Of a DNA stretch of 64,000 bases, positions 35,648 through 47,629 are shown in pieces. The stretch is taken from the NCBI GenBank assembly GCA_002269645.1, contig NIVC01001481.1, positions 1 to 64,000 on the forward strand. The letters run 5' to 3'. The position numbers and the translations under genes were made by a program. The stretch comes from Macrostomum lignano (Eukaryota). Every line of letters begins with the position of its first letter. Within the stretch, counting starts at the first letter, position 1. Under the pieces are notes generated by a model. That model saw only the letters and a program-made list of their open reading frames with translations, made no database searches and was not told the origin of the DNA.

Positions 35648-36863
35648 TTAAGCTGCTTCAGGTTCAGCAGCCTCGGCCTCGGTCGCTTCAGGCTCAGCAG
35701 CTTCAGGTTTAGCAGCTTCAGGCTCAGCAGCTTCAGGTTTAGCAGCTTCAGGCTCAGTCGCTTCAGGCTCAGTCGCTTCAGGCTCAGTCGCTTCAGGCTC
35801 AGTCGCTTCAGGCTCAGTCGCTTCAGGCTCAGTCGCTTCAGGCTCAGTCGCTTCAGGCTCAGTCGCTTCAGGCTCAGTCGCTTCAGGCTCAGTCGCTTCA
35901 GGCTCAGTCCTTTCAGGCTCAGTCCCTTCAGGCTCAGTCGCTTCAGGCTCAATCGCTTCAGGCTCAGTCGCTTCAGGCTCAGTCGCTTCAGGCTCAGTCG
36001 CTTCAGGCTCAGTCGCTTCAGGCTTAGTCGCTTCAGGCTCAGTCGCTTCAGGCTCAGTCGCTTCAGGCTCAGTCGCTTCAGGCTCAGTCGCTTCAGGCTC
36101 AGTCGCTTCAGGCTCAGTCGCTTCAGGCTCAGTCGCTTCAGGCTCAGTCGCTTCAGGTTTAGCAGCTTCAGGCTCAGTCGCTTCAGTTTTAGCAGCTTCA
36201 GGCTCAGTCGCTTCAGGCTCAGTCGCTTCAGGCTCAGTCGCTTCAGGCTCAGTCGCTTCAGGCTCAGTCGCTTCAGGCTCAGTCGCTTCAGGCTCAGTCG
36301 CTTCAGGCTCAGTCGCTTCAGGCTCAGTCGCTTCAGGCTCAGTCGCTTCAGGCTCAGTCGCTTCAGGCTCAGTCGCTTCAGGCTCAGTCGCTTCAGGCTC
36401 AGTCGCTTCAGGCTCAGTCGCTTCAGGCTCAGTCGCTTCAGGCTCAGTCGCTTCAGGCTCAGTCGCTTCAGGCTCAGTCGCTTCAGGCTCAGTCGCTTCA
36501 GGCTCAGTCGCTTCAGGCTCAGTCGCTTCAGGCTCAGCAGCTTCAGCTTAAAAAATTAATAACCAGAGCAATGCAAGCATGTAAATTTAAAGCAGCAATT
36601 ACGTCTCTTTATACGGTAATAATAAAGACATTCAAGGAACCCTGAGAAAGCAATGTCCCAATAATTCAATATGTAACACTGAATTAGTTAGTAATTTTGT
36701 AATTTTTAATTAGAGTTTCAGATCGCAGCATCACATTCATTCATCCAGTGAAAAAGTCACAAATAAGTTATGTTTGATTGGTTGTTGTTTGGCAATGTTT
36801 AAAATAAATCAATGATTTCATCCACGCACAGGTTCTAAATACCTTACCTTGTTCATCCGCCAT
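35648..36863 (-). CDS. Unannotated spliced gene encoding an acidic pentapeptide-repeat protein, MADEQAEAAEP(EATEP)n...EAAEPEAA*, 304 aa. Exons 36863-36848 and 36546-35648.
   Basis: ATG GCG GAT GAA CAA G|gtaagg is a phase-1 donor. The acceptor ttttttaag|CT GAA GCT is followed by 897 nt in frame ending in TAA at 35650-35648. TATAAA lies at 37102-37097 upstream. The ORF track misses it because the repeat exon has no start codon in this frame. Confidence 0.65.
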
Positions 36864-37096
36864 TCTTCAGATGTTCGAATGAGTTGAAGTTCTACTTTGT
36901 GACTTAACGGTTCTCACTGCTGGTCCCGTCCGGAGACACTTCTCCAGTGAGGAAACTGAGACTTTTAACTGCTCACTTGGAACCATGGAGTTCTAGTTCC
37001 GGTATCTGGAGATCCAGTCTCAATCCTTTTCCAACAGAATCTGGAACAGAAGCTGTTCCTGTATCTCTCAGCCATCTTCTCTAGTCGCATTTTTTC

Positions 37097-37102
37097 TTTA
37101 TA
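37097..37102 (-). promoter_or_regulatory. Candidate TATA box (TATAAAG) of the EATEP-repeat gene
   Basis: TATAAA about 235 nt upstream of the MADEQ ATG; motif match only. Confidence 0.35.
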
Positions 37103-37177
37103 TGAGTCTCGTCTCTGGTAAAAACCCCGTTAAACCGTAAGCCAAACAGAAATCTTTGGTTTTAAATACAAGCACAT

Positions 37178-37285
37178 AACAAGCGCGCCAAGACTGTACG
37201 CAGGCACAGACTTGCATACACACGCTCACACAGGTGTACAGCGGCGCATGACTTTATAATCATCCAGGCATGTACACTCTCAGCG
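37178..37285 (-). mobile_element. SINE family B internal fragment
   Basis: aagcgcgc...cacacgctcacacaggtgtacag...catccaggcatgtacactct is shared with the other family B copies. Confidence 0.7.
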
Positions 37286-37647
37286 TCCTTCTTCTCGTTG
37301 TTGTCCGCGCCGAAGGTTTTTTTCGCATAAAAACCGGATGAAAAGTCAGCAAGTTTCCACTCCAGATTGCCAGTTTTAGTACTCCATATCCGAGCCTATG
37401 GCGGCCAGCCAAAGTGATTCATTTCCCAGCTTATAATGCAGCTTAGGAATATCTTGCCAGCTAGTAATTCCATCCCAACTCTTCCCTTTATCGATCAGAC
37501 TCGGCCGGACATTTTCTTTCTCAGTGGGGGGCCATAAAACTGCTCGGCCACCGGCCATTTCGTCTCCTATTTCTCTTTAGGAGACTCCGGGTCTGCCCGC
37601 GCTTACTAAAAAACCCTGATGTACTTTTTAACTATTACTTTCGTCTG

Positions 37648-38420
<773 letters not shown>

Positions 38421-38489
38421 TCGCTTGAGTATATGGTCGAGTAGCAGCCTTGAACATGTCTGACTCTCGCGACACCACGATTACATAGT

Positions 38490-38630
38490 CGGGATCGCTG
38501 TACAGTGCATGAGTGCGTGTCTGCATACAGCATTGGCGCGCTTGCATGTGCTCAGGAGCCAGCAGAATGAGCAGAATCGTCTCAGTGCTGGTTGTGGGAC
38601 GCACCAGAGTGACCAAAACTCTGCTGCAAT
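38490..38630 (+). mobile_element. SINE family B 3' part, tail-to-tail with family A
   Basis: Reverse complement matches ~29850-29990 (gctcaggagccagc, gctggttgtgggacg). Confidence 0.65.
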
Positions 38631-38644
38631 TATTATTACTTCAT

Positions 38645-38930
38645 TACAACTGTCCTAATGGCCAGATGTGCAACCGACAGCTCAGCCGCAGCTATTGCGC
38701 GGCGCATCTGAAGGCTGCGTACGGCTGTTCAGTCCAGGGACTGGGGGGTCGCCACCCATACTATCAATTACCCCAGCTAATGCTGGCACCCATTTTACAG
38801 CTGGGGTGAACTGAAGCAATGCAGAGTTAAGCGTCTTGCTCAAGGACACAAATTGTTCCAGTGGGATCGGGAATCGAACCCCTGACCTTTCAGTCGTGAG
38901 TCCGACGCTATAATCACTAGGCTACAACCC
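38645..38930 (-). mobile_element. tRNA-derived SINE, family A, full-length with (TAA)n tail
   Basis: Minus strand reads gttgtagcctagtgattatagcgtcggactcacgactgaaaggtcaggggttcgattcc...gtgtccttgagcaagacgcttaactctgcattgcttcag...cagctgtaaaatgggt...taataataa. Confidence 0.85.
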
Positions 38931-39316
38931 CTTATTATTATTATACATTCGCATTATTATCATATATTCGAGTAGTATTGTACTTTGCTAGTGCGTTTCA
39001 TGGCTTGAGGATTGATGAGTAGCCGGCCCGCACCCGGCAAAAATTGAATTTCTTCAATTTCTTCATACAGCCAGCGCCCCAACAATAATGTCCCTATAGT
39101 TCCTAAGGCTCGGCCTGGAAGGGAGAACGATCCCATTGGGATGCCTAACCGTAGGGAGGTGGATTTGGATGACGAACGGCCGGATAAGTTGGATCTTTAT
39201 AATATTTTTATGCCTGCTCTGAAGCATCCTCCCTGGAGACGGAAATGGACGAAGTGAAAAGCGGCCAGGGAGCACTGGAGACAGAGAGTCTGGAGCGCTC
39301 TTAATTGGAGGCTTGA

Positions 39317-39462
39317 AGTTGTAGCTTTGCGGTTAAAGTGTCGGACTCATGACTTGAAGGTTAGGGGTTCGATTCCAGATCCCACTGGAACAATTTGTGT
39401 CCTTGAGCAAGACACTCAACTCTGCATTGCTTCAGTTCAACCCAGCTGTAAAATGGAATATT
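39317..39462 (+). mobile_element. SINE family A, 3'-truncated copy
   Basis: The tRNA head and core match 38645-38930. The copy ends just before a 30-bp tandem array. Confidence 0.8.
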
Positions 39463-39487
39463 TGGAATATAATGCTGGCACTCAAAG

Positions 39488-39735
39488 GACATAAGTCTCA
39501 CAGAGTTCGAGTTGGGGATCATAAGTCTCACTGAGTTCGATTTGGGGATCATAAGTCTCACTGAGTTCGAGTTGGGGATCATAAGTCTCACTGAGTTCGA
39601 GTTGGGGATCATAAGTCTCACTGAGTTCGATTTGGGATCATAGGTCTCACTGAGTTCGATTTGGGGATCATAAGTCTCACTGAGTTCGAGTTGGGGATCA
39701 TAAGTCTCACTGAGTTCGATTTGGGGATCATAGAT
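39488..39735. repeat. Minisatellite, 30-bp unit (ggatcataagtctcactgagttcgagttgg), ~8 copies
   Basis: Direct inspection. Confidence 0.93.
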
Positions 39736-41649
39736 CCCATTTAGCTAGTTCGATTTGAGAATAATACATCCGGACCATCACTCTTTCCTTGCTGCAGAGC
39801 TCAACTTCCTGCCCGGATGTCTAGCTCGCGGTGTCCCTGAACCAAGCCATCAACACAAAAAATTCTAGGCAGCAGCTGCATCCGGTGCTACCCCCGCCAT
39901 CAGCTCCCAGCGCTCCGTTCCACCTGGGATCCCGGAGCTACTCAATTAGTGCTCAAAATGGCGAAGATGAAGTTGCACGCGAGTCTCCAAGGCCGTCAAT
40001 TTTTATATCCGCTAAAAGATTATTAATATTTTATTGCGACCTCCCCCTCCTGAGACGTCTGTCCACCTCGATTCTGCTGTTTCTGAGCTGCAATTCTCAA
40101 ACTACTTAATGACTGGATTCTATAAAACTGAAACTTATATTTTCATGGAAATGGGATAAACATTTCAGTCTCGAAAGTCATGACACAGGAAAGAAGCACT
40201 TTTCCTCTCACCTTTTTTTGATTGAATGATGACCTAAATGGGTTTTCAAAATGGTGAAATTTTGTATCGATTCGTTTTTTTTCGCCATCAACATCCTTTC
40301 CATTCTACTGACAGTGGCGTGAACAGAATATTAGGTAAATATCCATGAAAAGAAAAATTTTTTTTTCTGATTTTTAGCTAAAACAGAGTCCAAGCATCGG
40401 GGCAATAAATTATAGACTTGAGAAATGACTGCCGCGAAAGGTGTTTTTTGGCTTTTAAAGTAACAAAGAAAAACACTTTTCTCTTTTGTTGGCGGCACTT
40501 CTCTTTAAATATTTTACAGCACAGCGGCAGATTGTGACGCACAAGAATAACGGCTTCTTTTCTTCTGAAAGCAAGAGTGGAAATTCTTTAAGTTGAAATC
40601 TCGCGCCTCTGCCCAAGCAATCTCCTTCCTGGTTTTCTGGCTGTCTGTCTTGGTCTCCCTCTGGACATTGCGCTTCGATTCTGTTGAACAAGCTGGCCTG
40701 AAAAATCGATTGGAATCCTGGAGTCCCCTCGCCTCGGCTCCTGACCCCCCCCCCTGAGGCGGAGGTCCCCAGCCGGTGTCGGTGTCAGCCGCTTCCGGGA
40801 GCAACGAGGCTCTTTTCGCAATATATGGAACTTTTTTCAGGCGCCAATTCCAGGGAGAAAAATTTCCATTAATTTTTTCGAACCGGGGAAGTCGCGAGCT
40901 TGAATAATACAGAGGAGACTGCCGGGTAGCTTTGACGCGAAATTGACATGGGAGGCTCGTTCTCTCCGCAGATCCATCTGTGCAGCATCTATTTTTGCCG
41001 AAACGCAATCACCAGCCCCAGATGGAGATGGAATCTGCAACAGAGGATTAGTGCAAAGGCCATGCACTGTAAGGACATTATTTTGTCTGCGAGTAATGCA
41101 CTGTCGGATCTGCAGTGCTTTGCAGCTCAGACTTGGCCATATCTAGCCCATGAAAGAGCGCTCACTTTTAACCTAATTTTTGGCGATTTCGCGACACTTT
41201 AATAAGTGCATTCGAGTGGGGAAGAAAAGGGGAGAGGAGAAAGGGGATTGAAGTTAGCTTAGCTAGTGAGTAAACTCAAGCACAGGCTGGGATTTTCTTC
41301 GTAGTGGGATCAAACTTGCAAACTTTTCGAGCTTTTCTTCTCGACTCGAAGTTTCTATTCGAGCTCAATAATATTCGGTGCGGAGCTGGTGCAAGGAAGA
41401 GCTTGGCTGGATCAAGGCTTTGAGTAGGACTATAAAATACTCACCCCAAGTGCTTATCTATCCCTACACCTCAGTTCAGTCTCGATCCGCTCCTCTTTTG
41501 ATAGCGAGATAGCAAGATCGTTAATAACTCGGCAATTCATTTTTGTCTAGCCAACTTCACACTTTTTCTGCTGATCTCATAAATGGGTGCTTGAAGAAAG
41601 CTTGCTCATAAAGTCTTTAATCTCTGTATCGTGATCTGCTTCGGAGTCC

Positions 41650-41960
41650 GCGGTTCCTGACCCACGTCCGAGTCCCCGGTTCCTGACCCACATCCGAAAC
41701 CTTCAGTTCCTGACCCACCTCAGAATATCCGGTTCCTGACCCACCTCAGAATATCCGGTTCCTGACCCACCTCAGAATATCCGGTTCCTGACCCACCTCA
41801 GAATATCCGGTTCCTGACCCACCTCAGAATATCCGGTTCCTGACCCACCTTAAAATCCCCGGTTCGTGACCCACCTTAGAATCCCCGGTTCCTGACCCAC
41901 CTTAGAATCCCCGGTTCCTGACCCACCACCTCCGAATCTTCAGTTCCTGACCCACCCCCG
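41650..41960. repeat. Minisatellite, 26-bp unit (ggttcctgacccacctcagaatatcc)
   Basis: Period 26 (41706, 41732, 41758). Confidence 0.93.
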
Positions 41961-42494
41961 AATTCAGAGGGTAATTTCGCTTAAAACTTTCAGTGTGTCA
42001 CTGTTTTGCCGCTAACTAATACCCAGTGGAGTAACAACAAGCACTTTTGGGTCAATCTGCACTAAAAGTGCCACCAAGCCGCCCCATCCATCAGCTGCGG
42101 ACTTCTCTGATCCCAGGAGAAAAACGGCAAGGAATCAACTGACTGAAATGGACACCTGAAGCAGCTTAGATTCGCATTTGAGATCAGGTTAATTAAATAA
42201 AAAGCTTCTCGGCCGAATGAGATTTGTTGAAAATCCATCCATCAGTCGGGATCGCTATTCCGACTCACTATTCTGAGAACTCCCCGTTCAGGCCTTGAGG
42301 TCTAATTGAAGTTGAGTCCATCCGTCAACTGCTACTTTCCAATGGTTCATTTTCGAAACCTCATTGCTTGTATGTCTGTTCTTATCAGTATGGACGCAAA
42401 TTTAATCCCCTGGTTTCTAAATATATACTGAGGAGGTATTTGATGAATTTTTGTATTACAGACGCTTGTTTTGTAAGTATTATTGAATCGCATT

Positions 42495-42840
42495 CTGTCT
42501 CTCTATTCCTCACACCCTCAGCTGCTATCTCTGTCTCTCTATTCCTTACCCCCGATGGCCCACCTCCCCACCTTACTCCCTCAGCTGCTATCTCTGTCTC
42601 TCCATTCCTTACCCCCGATGGCCCACCTCCCCACCTCACACCCTCAGCTGCTATCTTTGTCTCTACATTCCTTACCCCCGATGGCCCACCTCCCCACCTC
42701 ACACCCTCAGCTGCTATCTTTGTCTCTCCATTCCTTACCCCCGATGGCCCACCTCCCCACCTCACACCCTCAGCTGCTATCTTTGTCTCTACATTCCTTA
42801 CCCCCGATGGCCCACCTCCCCACCTCACACCCTTAGCCCC
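42495..42840. repeat. Minisatellite, 63-bp unit, ~5.5 copies
   Basis: cagctgct at 42519, 42582 and onward. Confidence 0.93.
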
Positions 42841-43549
42841 ATGGCCCCACCTCATCGATTTTTGACGGAGTAGAAATCAGCATATTGGCAATGCTATACT
42901 ACGCTCAAGAAAAATTGAAACGCCCCCAGTGAACCTCATCAAGTTTGACAGGCAAAGTCGATCCGACGGTTTTGAACTGTCTGGGCCCCTAGGCTGGAGT
43001 GCCACTTTTTAGTTTCAAGCGGACTCGCCAACGAGCAAATTTCCATTTCATTTTATTGGGCAGCATCCTCCCAGCTTGCCAGTTGGGAGAGCGTCTAGTC
43101 GCTATGCTCTCAGGCTGATGCATTCTCTGGATGAGGCAGCGGGTCTGTTATCTAAGCGGCGCTTTCATACCGGCCCAGCTGCAATCTGTCAGCAAATAAA
43201 ATCAACGACCAAATATTATTTTACTGCGCGCAGTCAGCTTTGACAGCTTCGATGCGAACAGTAAATGTTGAATCTTCCCTATCTGTATCGATTGAAGTAT
43301 TTTAGCCTCATAGCGCGCTCTGCTATCTGGTTCTGGATAGAATAAGGCTCGTCTAAAACCAGATTTAGTCAAGACGAAGGCCTGACAGATTCGAGACGTG
43401 ACGGGACTCGGGGGTGTATCGATTGACAGCTCAATTAAATCATGACCGGCTGGCACAGATGACGAGCCGAGTTTATTAAAAAAGCACTAGTACGTAAACT
43501 CCTGTGACTGGTGCTTTGAAGGGGCTGCCGATTTTGCATAGTTTCAAAT

Positions 43550-43820
43550 ATTCAGGGACTCAGGGATTTAGGGGCTCATGGATTCAGGGACTCAGGGATT
43601 CGGGGACTCAGGGATTCAGGATTCAAGGGTTCGTGGACTCGGGGACTCAGGTAATCAGGGACTCATGGATTCAGAGACTCATGGATTCAGGGACTCAGAG
43701 ACTCAGGAATTCAGGGACTCAGGGATTCAGGAATTCAGGGACTCAGGGATTCAGGAACTCAGGGATTCAGGGACACAGGTATTCAGGGACTCAGGGATTC
43801 AGAGACTCAGGGATTCCAGA
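43550..43820. repeat. Degenerate 9/18-bp minisatellite (cagggactcagggatt)
   Basis: Direct inspection. Confidence 0.85.
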
Positions 43821-44267
43821 GCTTCAAAGCCTTTTTGAATCCAATTTTTCTGGCAGCACTAAATAGATTATATAACTGTGATCCCGCTTCAGAAGCCTAG
43901 TATGGGACCAGCATATAAAATATCAATACTGGAAAACACACAATGCTAAAATAGGTATTTCATTCGCATTGTGATTTCCTGCAACCAGCAGGCATAGTTA
44001 ATCGGGTAATTCAAACGAATCGCTAGGCGGACAATGCCATCTGCAGCAATCTGTCTCCCCGAACTCTGCACAGGGGACTCGGCCAGCAGACAGTCATGGA
44101 TTGTCTATACGCCTGGCACTGCGCACTTTCCACTTCCAAGACTGAAAAAACTCACAACAAGATGTATCGAGTCAGAGACAGAGCGGGCGGTCTGTGATAA
44201 GTTGCTCACTGCATGCAGGCCATGGCCTTTATCGTTCATTTGCTTGGCAACTAACTACAGTAGCTTA

Positions 44268-45045
44268 GCTCACTCACTCACTCATGAACTCACTCATGAC
44301 CTCACTCATGAACTCACTTATGAACTCACTCATGAACTCACTCATGAACTCACTCATGAACTCACTCATGAACTCACTCATGAACTCACTCATGAACTCA
44401 CTCATGAACCCACTCATGAACTCACTCATGAACTCACTCATGACCTCACTCATGACCTCACTCATGAACTCACTCATGAACTCACTCATGAACTCACTCA
44501 TGAACTCACTCATGAACTCACTCATGAACTCACTCATAAACTCACAAACTCACTCATAAACTCACTCATGAACTCACTCATGAACTCACTCATGAACTCA
44601 CTCATGAACTCACTCATGACCTCACTCATGAACTCACTCATAAACTCACTCATGAACTCACTCATGAACTCACTCATGAACTCACTCATGAACTCACTCA
44701 TGAACTCACTCATGAACTCACTCATGAACTCACTCATAAACTCGTGAACTCATGAACTCACTAATGAACTCACTCATCAACTCACTCATGAACTCACTCA
44801 TAAACTCACTCATGAACTCACTCATGGGCTCACTCACTCATGAACTCACTCACTCATGAACTCACTCACTCATGAACTCACTCACTCATGAACTCACTCA
44901 CTCATGAACTCACTCACTCATGAACTCACTCATGAGCTCACTCACTCATGAACTCACTCACTCATGAACTCACTCACTCATGAACTCACTCATGAGCTCA
45001 CTCACTCATGAACTCACTCACTCATGAACTCACTCACTCACTCTC
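44268..45045. repeat. 12-bp minisatellite (actcactcatga)n; a second block lies at ~45820-45965
   Basis: Direct inspection. Confidence 0.96.
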
Positions 45046-46572
45046 TCAATTACTAATGAACTCACAGACACACTCGCACAATAAATGTACTTATTCTCAC
45101 ATATACGCATAAAAGCGAGGCACACTCTCCAAACGCAATATGTTGCTTTTCGCCAGCTGAAAATATGAAAAGCCCACGCCACCATCAAATGTACACCCAG
45201 CACCAATACATTCGACATGCATGCATGTACGTTCACTCACCCACCAGTCTGACTTCTGATTTAATGCATGGCCGGCCGCTGGCAGTCTGAAATCTCAAGA
45301 AGCTGTCTGAAAAGGATCCGAGAGGCAGGGAGGGAGAGATGAGGCAGACGGGGGGTGGTGAGAAAATGCTATCCCCCCTGTCAGCTCTTCCGAAGCGTCA
45401 GTCTCCATGCAGGCTATTTTTACTGGGCTACCAAAAACACTCCTCAGAGCCGGCTGCCAACTAAATTATAAGTTCGCGTGTACTTTTATGAATTCTACGC
45501 GGGTTTTTATTGCCTCACTCCCGCCCCTGTGCTCAAAGTCTGTGCTCAACGAGTTTTACCATAGACTACCATTACCATTCTCTAGGATATCCGATTGGTC
45601 ACCCAGTCTCCTTGCTACTACTGCATTTTCAAGAGCTCATGAGTAGCAGCAAGCAATAAATTTCTTACTGGGAGAGTCCAGCTGATTGAAGACTGGCTTC
45701 TCATTGTCTATGGCCCAAATGGAGGACTGTGGAGCAACCAGTTTGAGTATTCGAACGCACAATTTATCCTTTTTGCAGCACAGATCTTTCATACAATCAT
45801 GAGCTCAATAGCTCATAAATTCACTCATGAACTCATGAACTCATGAACTCACTCATGAACTCATGAACTCACTCATGAACTCACTCATGAACTCATGAAC
45901 TCACTCATGAACTCATGAACTCACTCATGAACTCACTCATGAACTCATGAACTCACTCATTCACTCACTTGTGCTGGGATGAGCTTGGAAAATATGATAC
46001 CTGCTTCATTTTCTATTTGTAACTTCAGAAGATAAACTATGGCTAATTTAGTGCCCCAAAGAAACTGAAAAGTTTCCCACTGTGCAGCCGTGGACACCAT
46101 GTTAACACCATAGCATTCAGACCGGTTGGCAACCAAAAATATAAAAAAATTGCCACTCCAACTTGTTGGCTATAGAAGAGCCATAACAATCTGCATACAA
46201 ACCGCAGTATTTTCTAAAAGTTATTTTCCAAGACAAAAGACGGGCTTAGTTGAACAGAGAAGAGAAGAGGGTTGTGGATTGCTAATTTTCAGTTGGCAAA
46301 TACATACGACAGCAAATATTGAAGCACAGGGAATCAAGCCTGAACACGTCTTCGAAAATCTTTAAATAGTAACTTTAACCATAGTCAGACTGGATGCAAA
46401 TCTCTTTGGCACGTTTTTACAGACATTTCAAAATTATAGAATAGCAGCTGAAACTGATGCAGGCCTGCGTTCGTTCTAACAAGGGCAGGTTGTTCAAGTA
46501 AAGGCTCTTACAGTTATTTTTCATTTGTCGGCTTTTTGACAGAGAATTATTTGTCTGGAAAATATATATTTT

Positions 46573-47280
46573 AGGGCCACACTAGCCATTTGAGCGCCAC
46601 ACTAGCCATTTGAGCGCCACACTTGCCATTTGAGCGCCACACTTGCCATTTGAGGGCCACACTTGCCATTTGAGCGCCACACTTGCCATTTGAGCGCCAC
46701 ACTTGCCATTTGAGCGCCACACTTGCCATTTGAGGGCCACACTTGCCATTTGAGCGCCACACTTGCCATTTGAGCGCCACACTTGCCATTTGAGCGCCAC
46801 ACTTGCCATTTGAGGGCCACACTTGCCATTTGAGCGCCACACTTGCCATTTGAGGGCCACACTTGCCATTTGAGCGCCACACTTGCCATTTGAGCGCCAC
46901 ACTTGCCATTTGAGCGCCACACTTGCCATTTGAGGGCCACACTTGCCATTTGAGCGCCACACTTGCCATTTGAGGGCCACACTTGCCATTTGAGCGCCAC
47001 ACAATCCATTTTAGCGCCACACTAGCCATTTGAGCGCCACACTAGCCATTTTAGCGCCACACTAGCCATTTTAGCGCCACACTTGCCATTTTAGCGCCAC
47101 ACTATCCATTTGAGGGCCACACTTGCCATTTGAGCGCCACACTATCCATCTTATCGCCACACTATCCATCTTATCGCCACACTATCCATCTTATTGCCAC
47201 ACTATCCATCTTATCTCCACAATAGCCATTTGAGCGCAACATTAGCCATTTTAGTGCCACAATAGCCATTTTAGCGCTAA
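46573..47280. repeat. 20-bp minisatellite (gccacacttgccatttgagc), decaying toward the right
   Basis: Direct inspection. Confidence 0.96.
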
Positions 47281-47629
47281 AATAGACTATTTAGGTGCTA
47301 ACATAATATTTTAGCACCACAACAATTAATTTCTCTGTTTCCAAATCTACCGAAAACTTTTCAGAGCCAGATATAGTTCGAGTCTTTCGAGTTCAAATTT
47401 TCTCTCACGGAAACTTCTTCCGGTTTTCAAGGTCCTAATTAATTAAGGTAGAAATTTGATATAGAGTTGGCACTGGGAAAATTTCAGTTTCAAATATCGC
47501 TAATTTTGGAGGGTTTCACGCGCCAAGAAGCTCAATTAGATTTGTGGAGATTTTTACAAAAATACAATTTTTCACTGCAGACAGGGCTCGGGAACAGAAG
47601 CTGGACTCTGTTGCTCTATTTTACCGGCC

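Noticed and set aside
35633-36559. Plus-strand (RFRLS)n ORF of 308 aa
   Set aside because: It is the antisense of the EATEP exon, starts at GTG, and all splice signals are on the minus strand.
39005-39050. Hammerhead ribozyme near ttgatgag, or within the SINEs
   Set aside because: No CUGAUGA...GAAA core with supporting stems was found.
40514-41202. ORFs of 66-164 aa in 40.5-41.2 kb
   Set aside because: No recognisable domain or consistent exon chain; G/C runs suggest a degenerate non-autonomous element, which I cannot support further.
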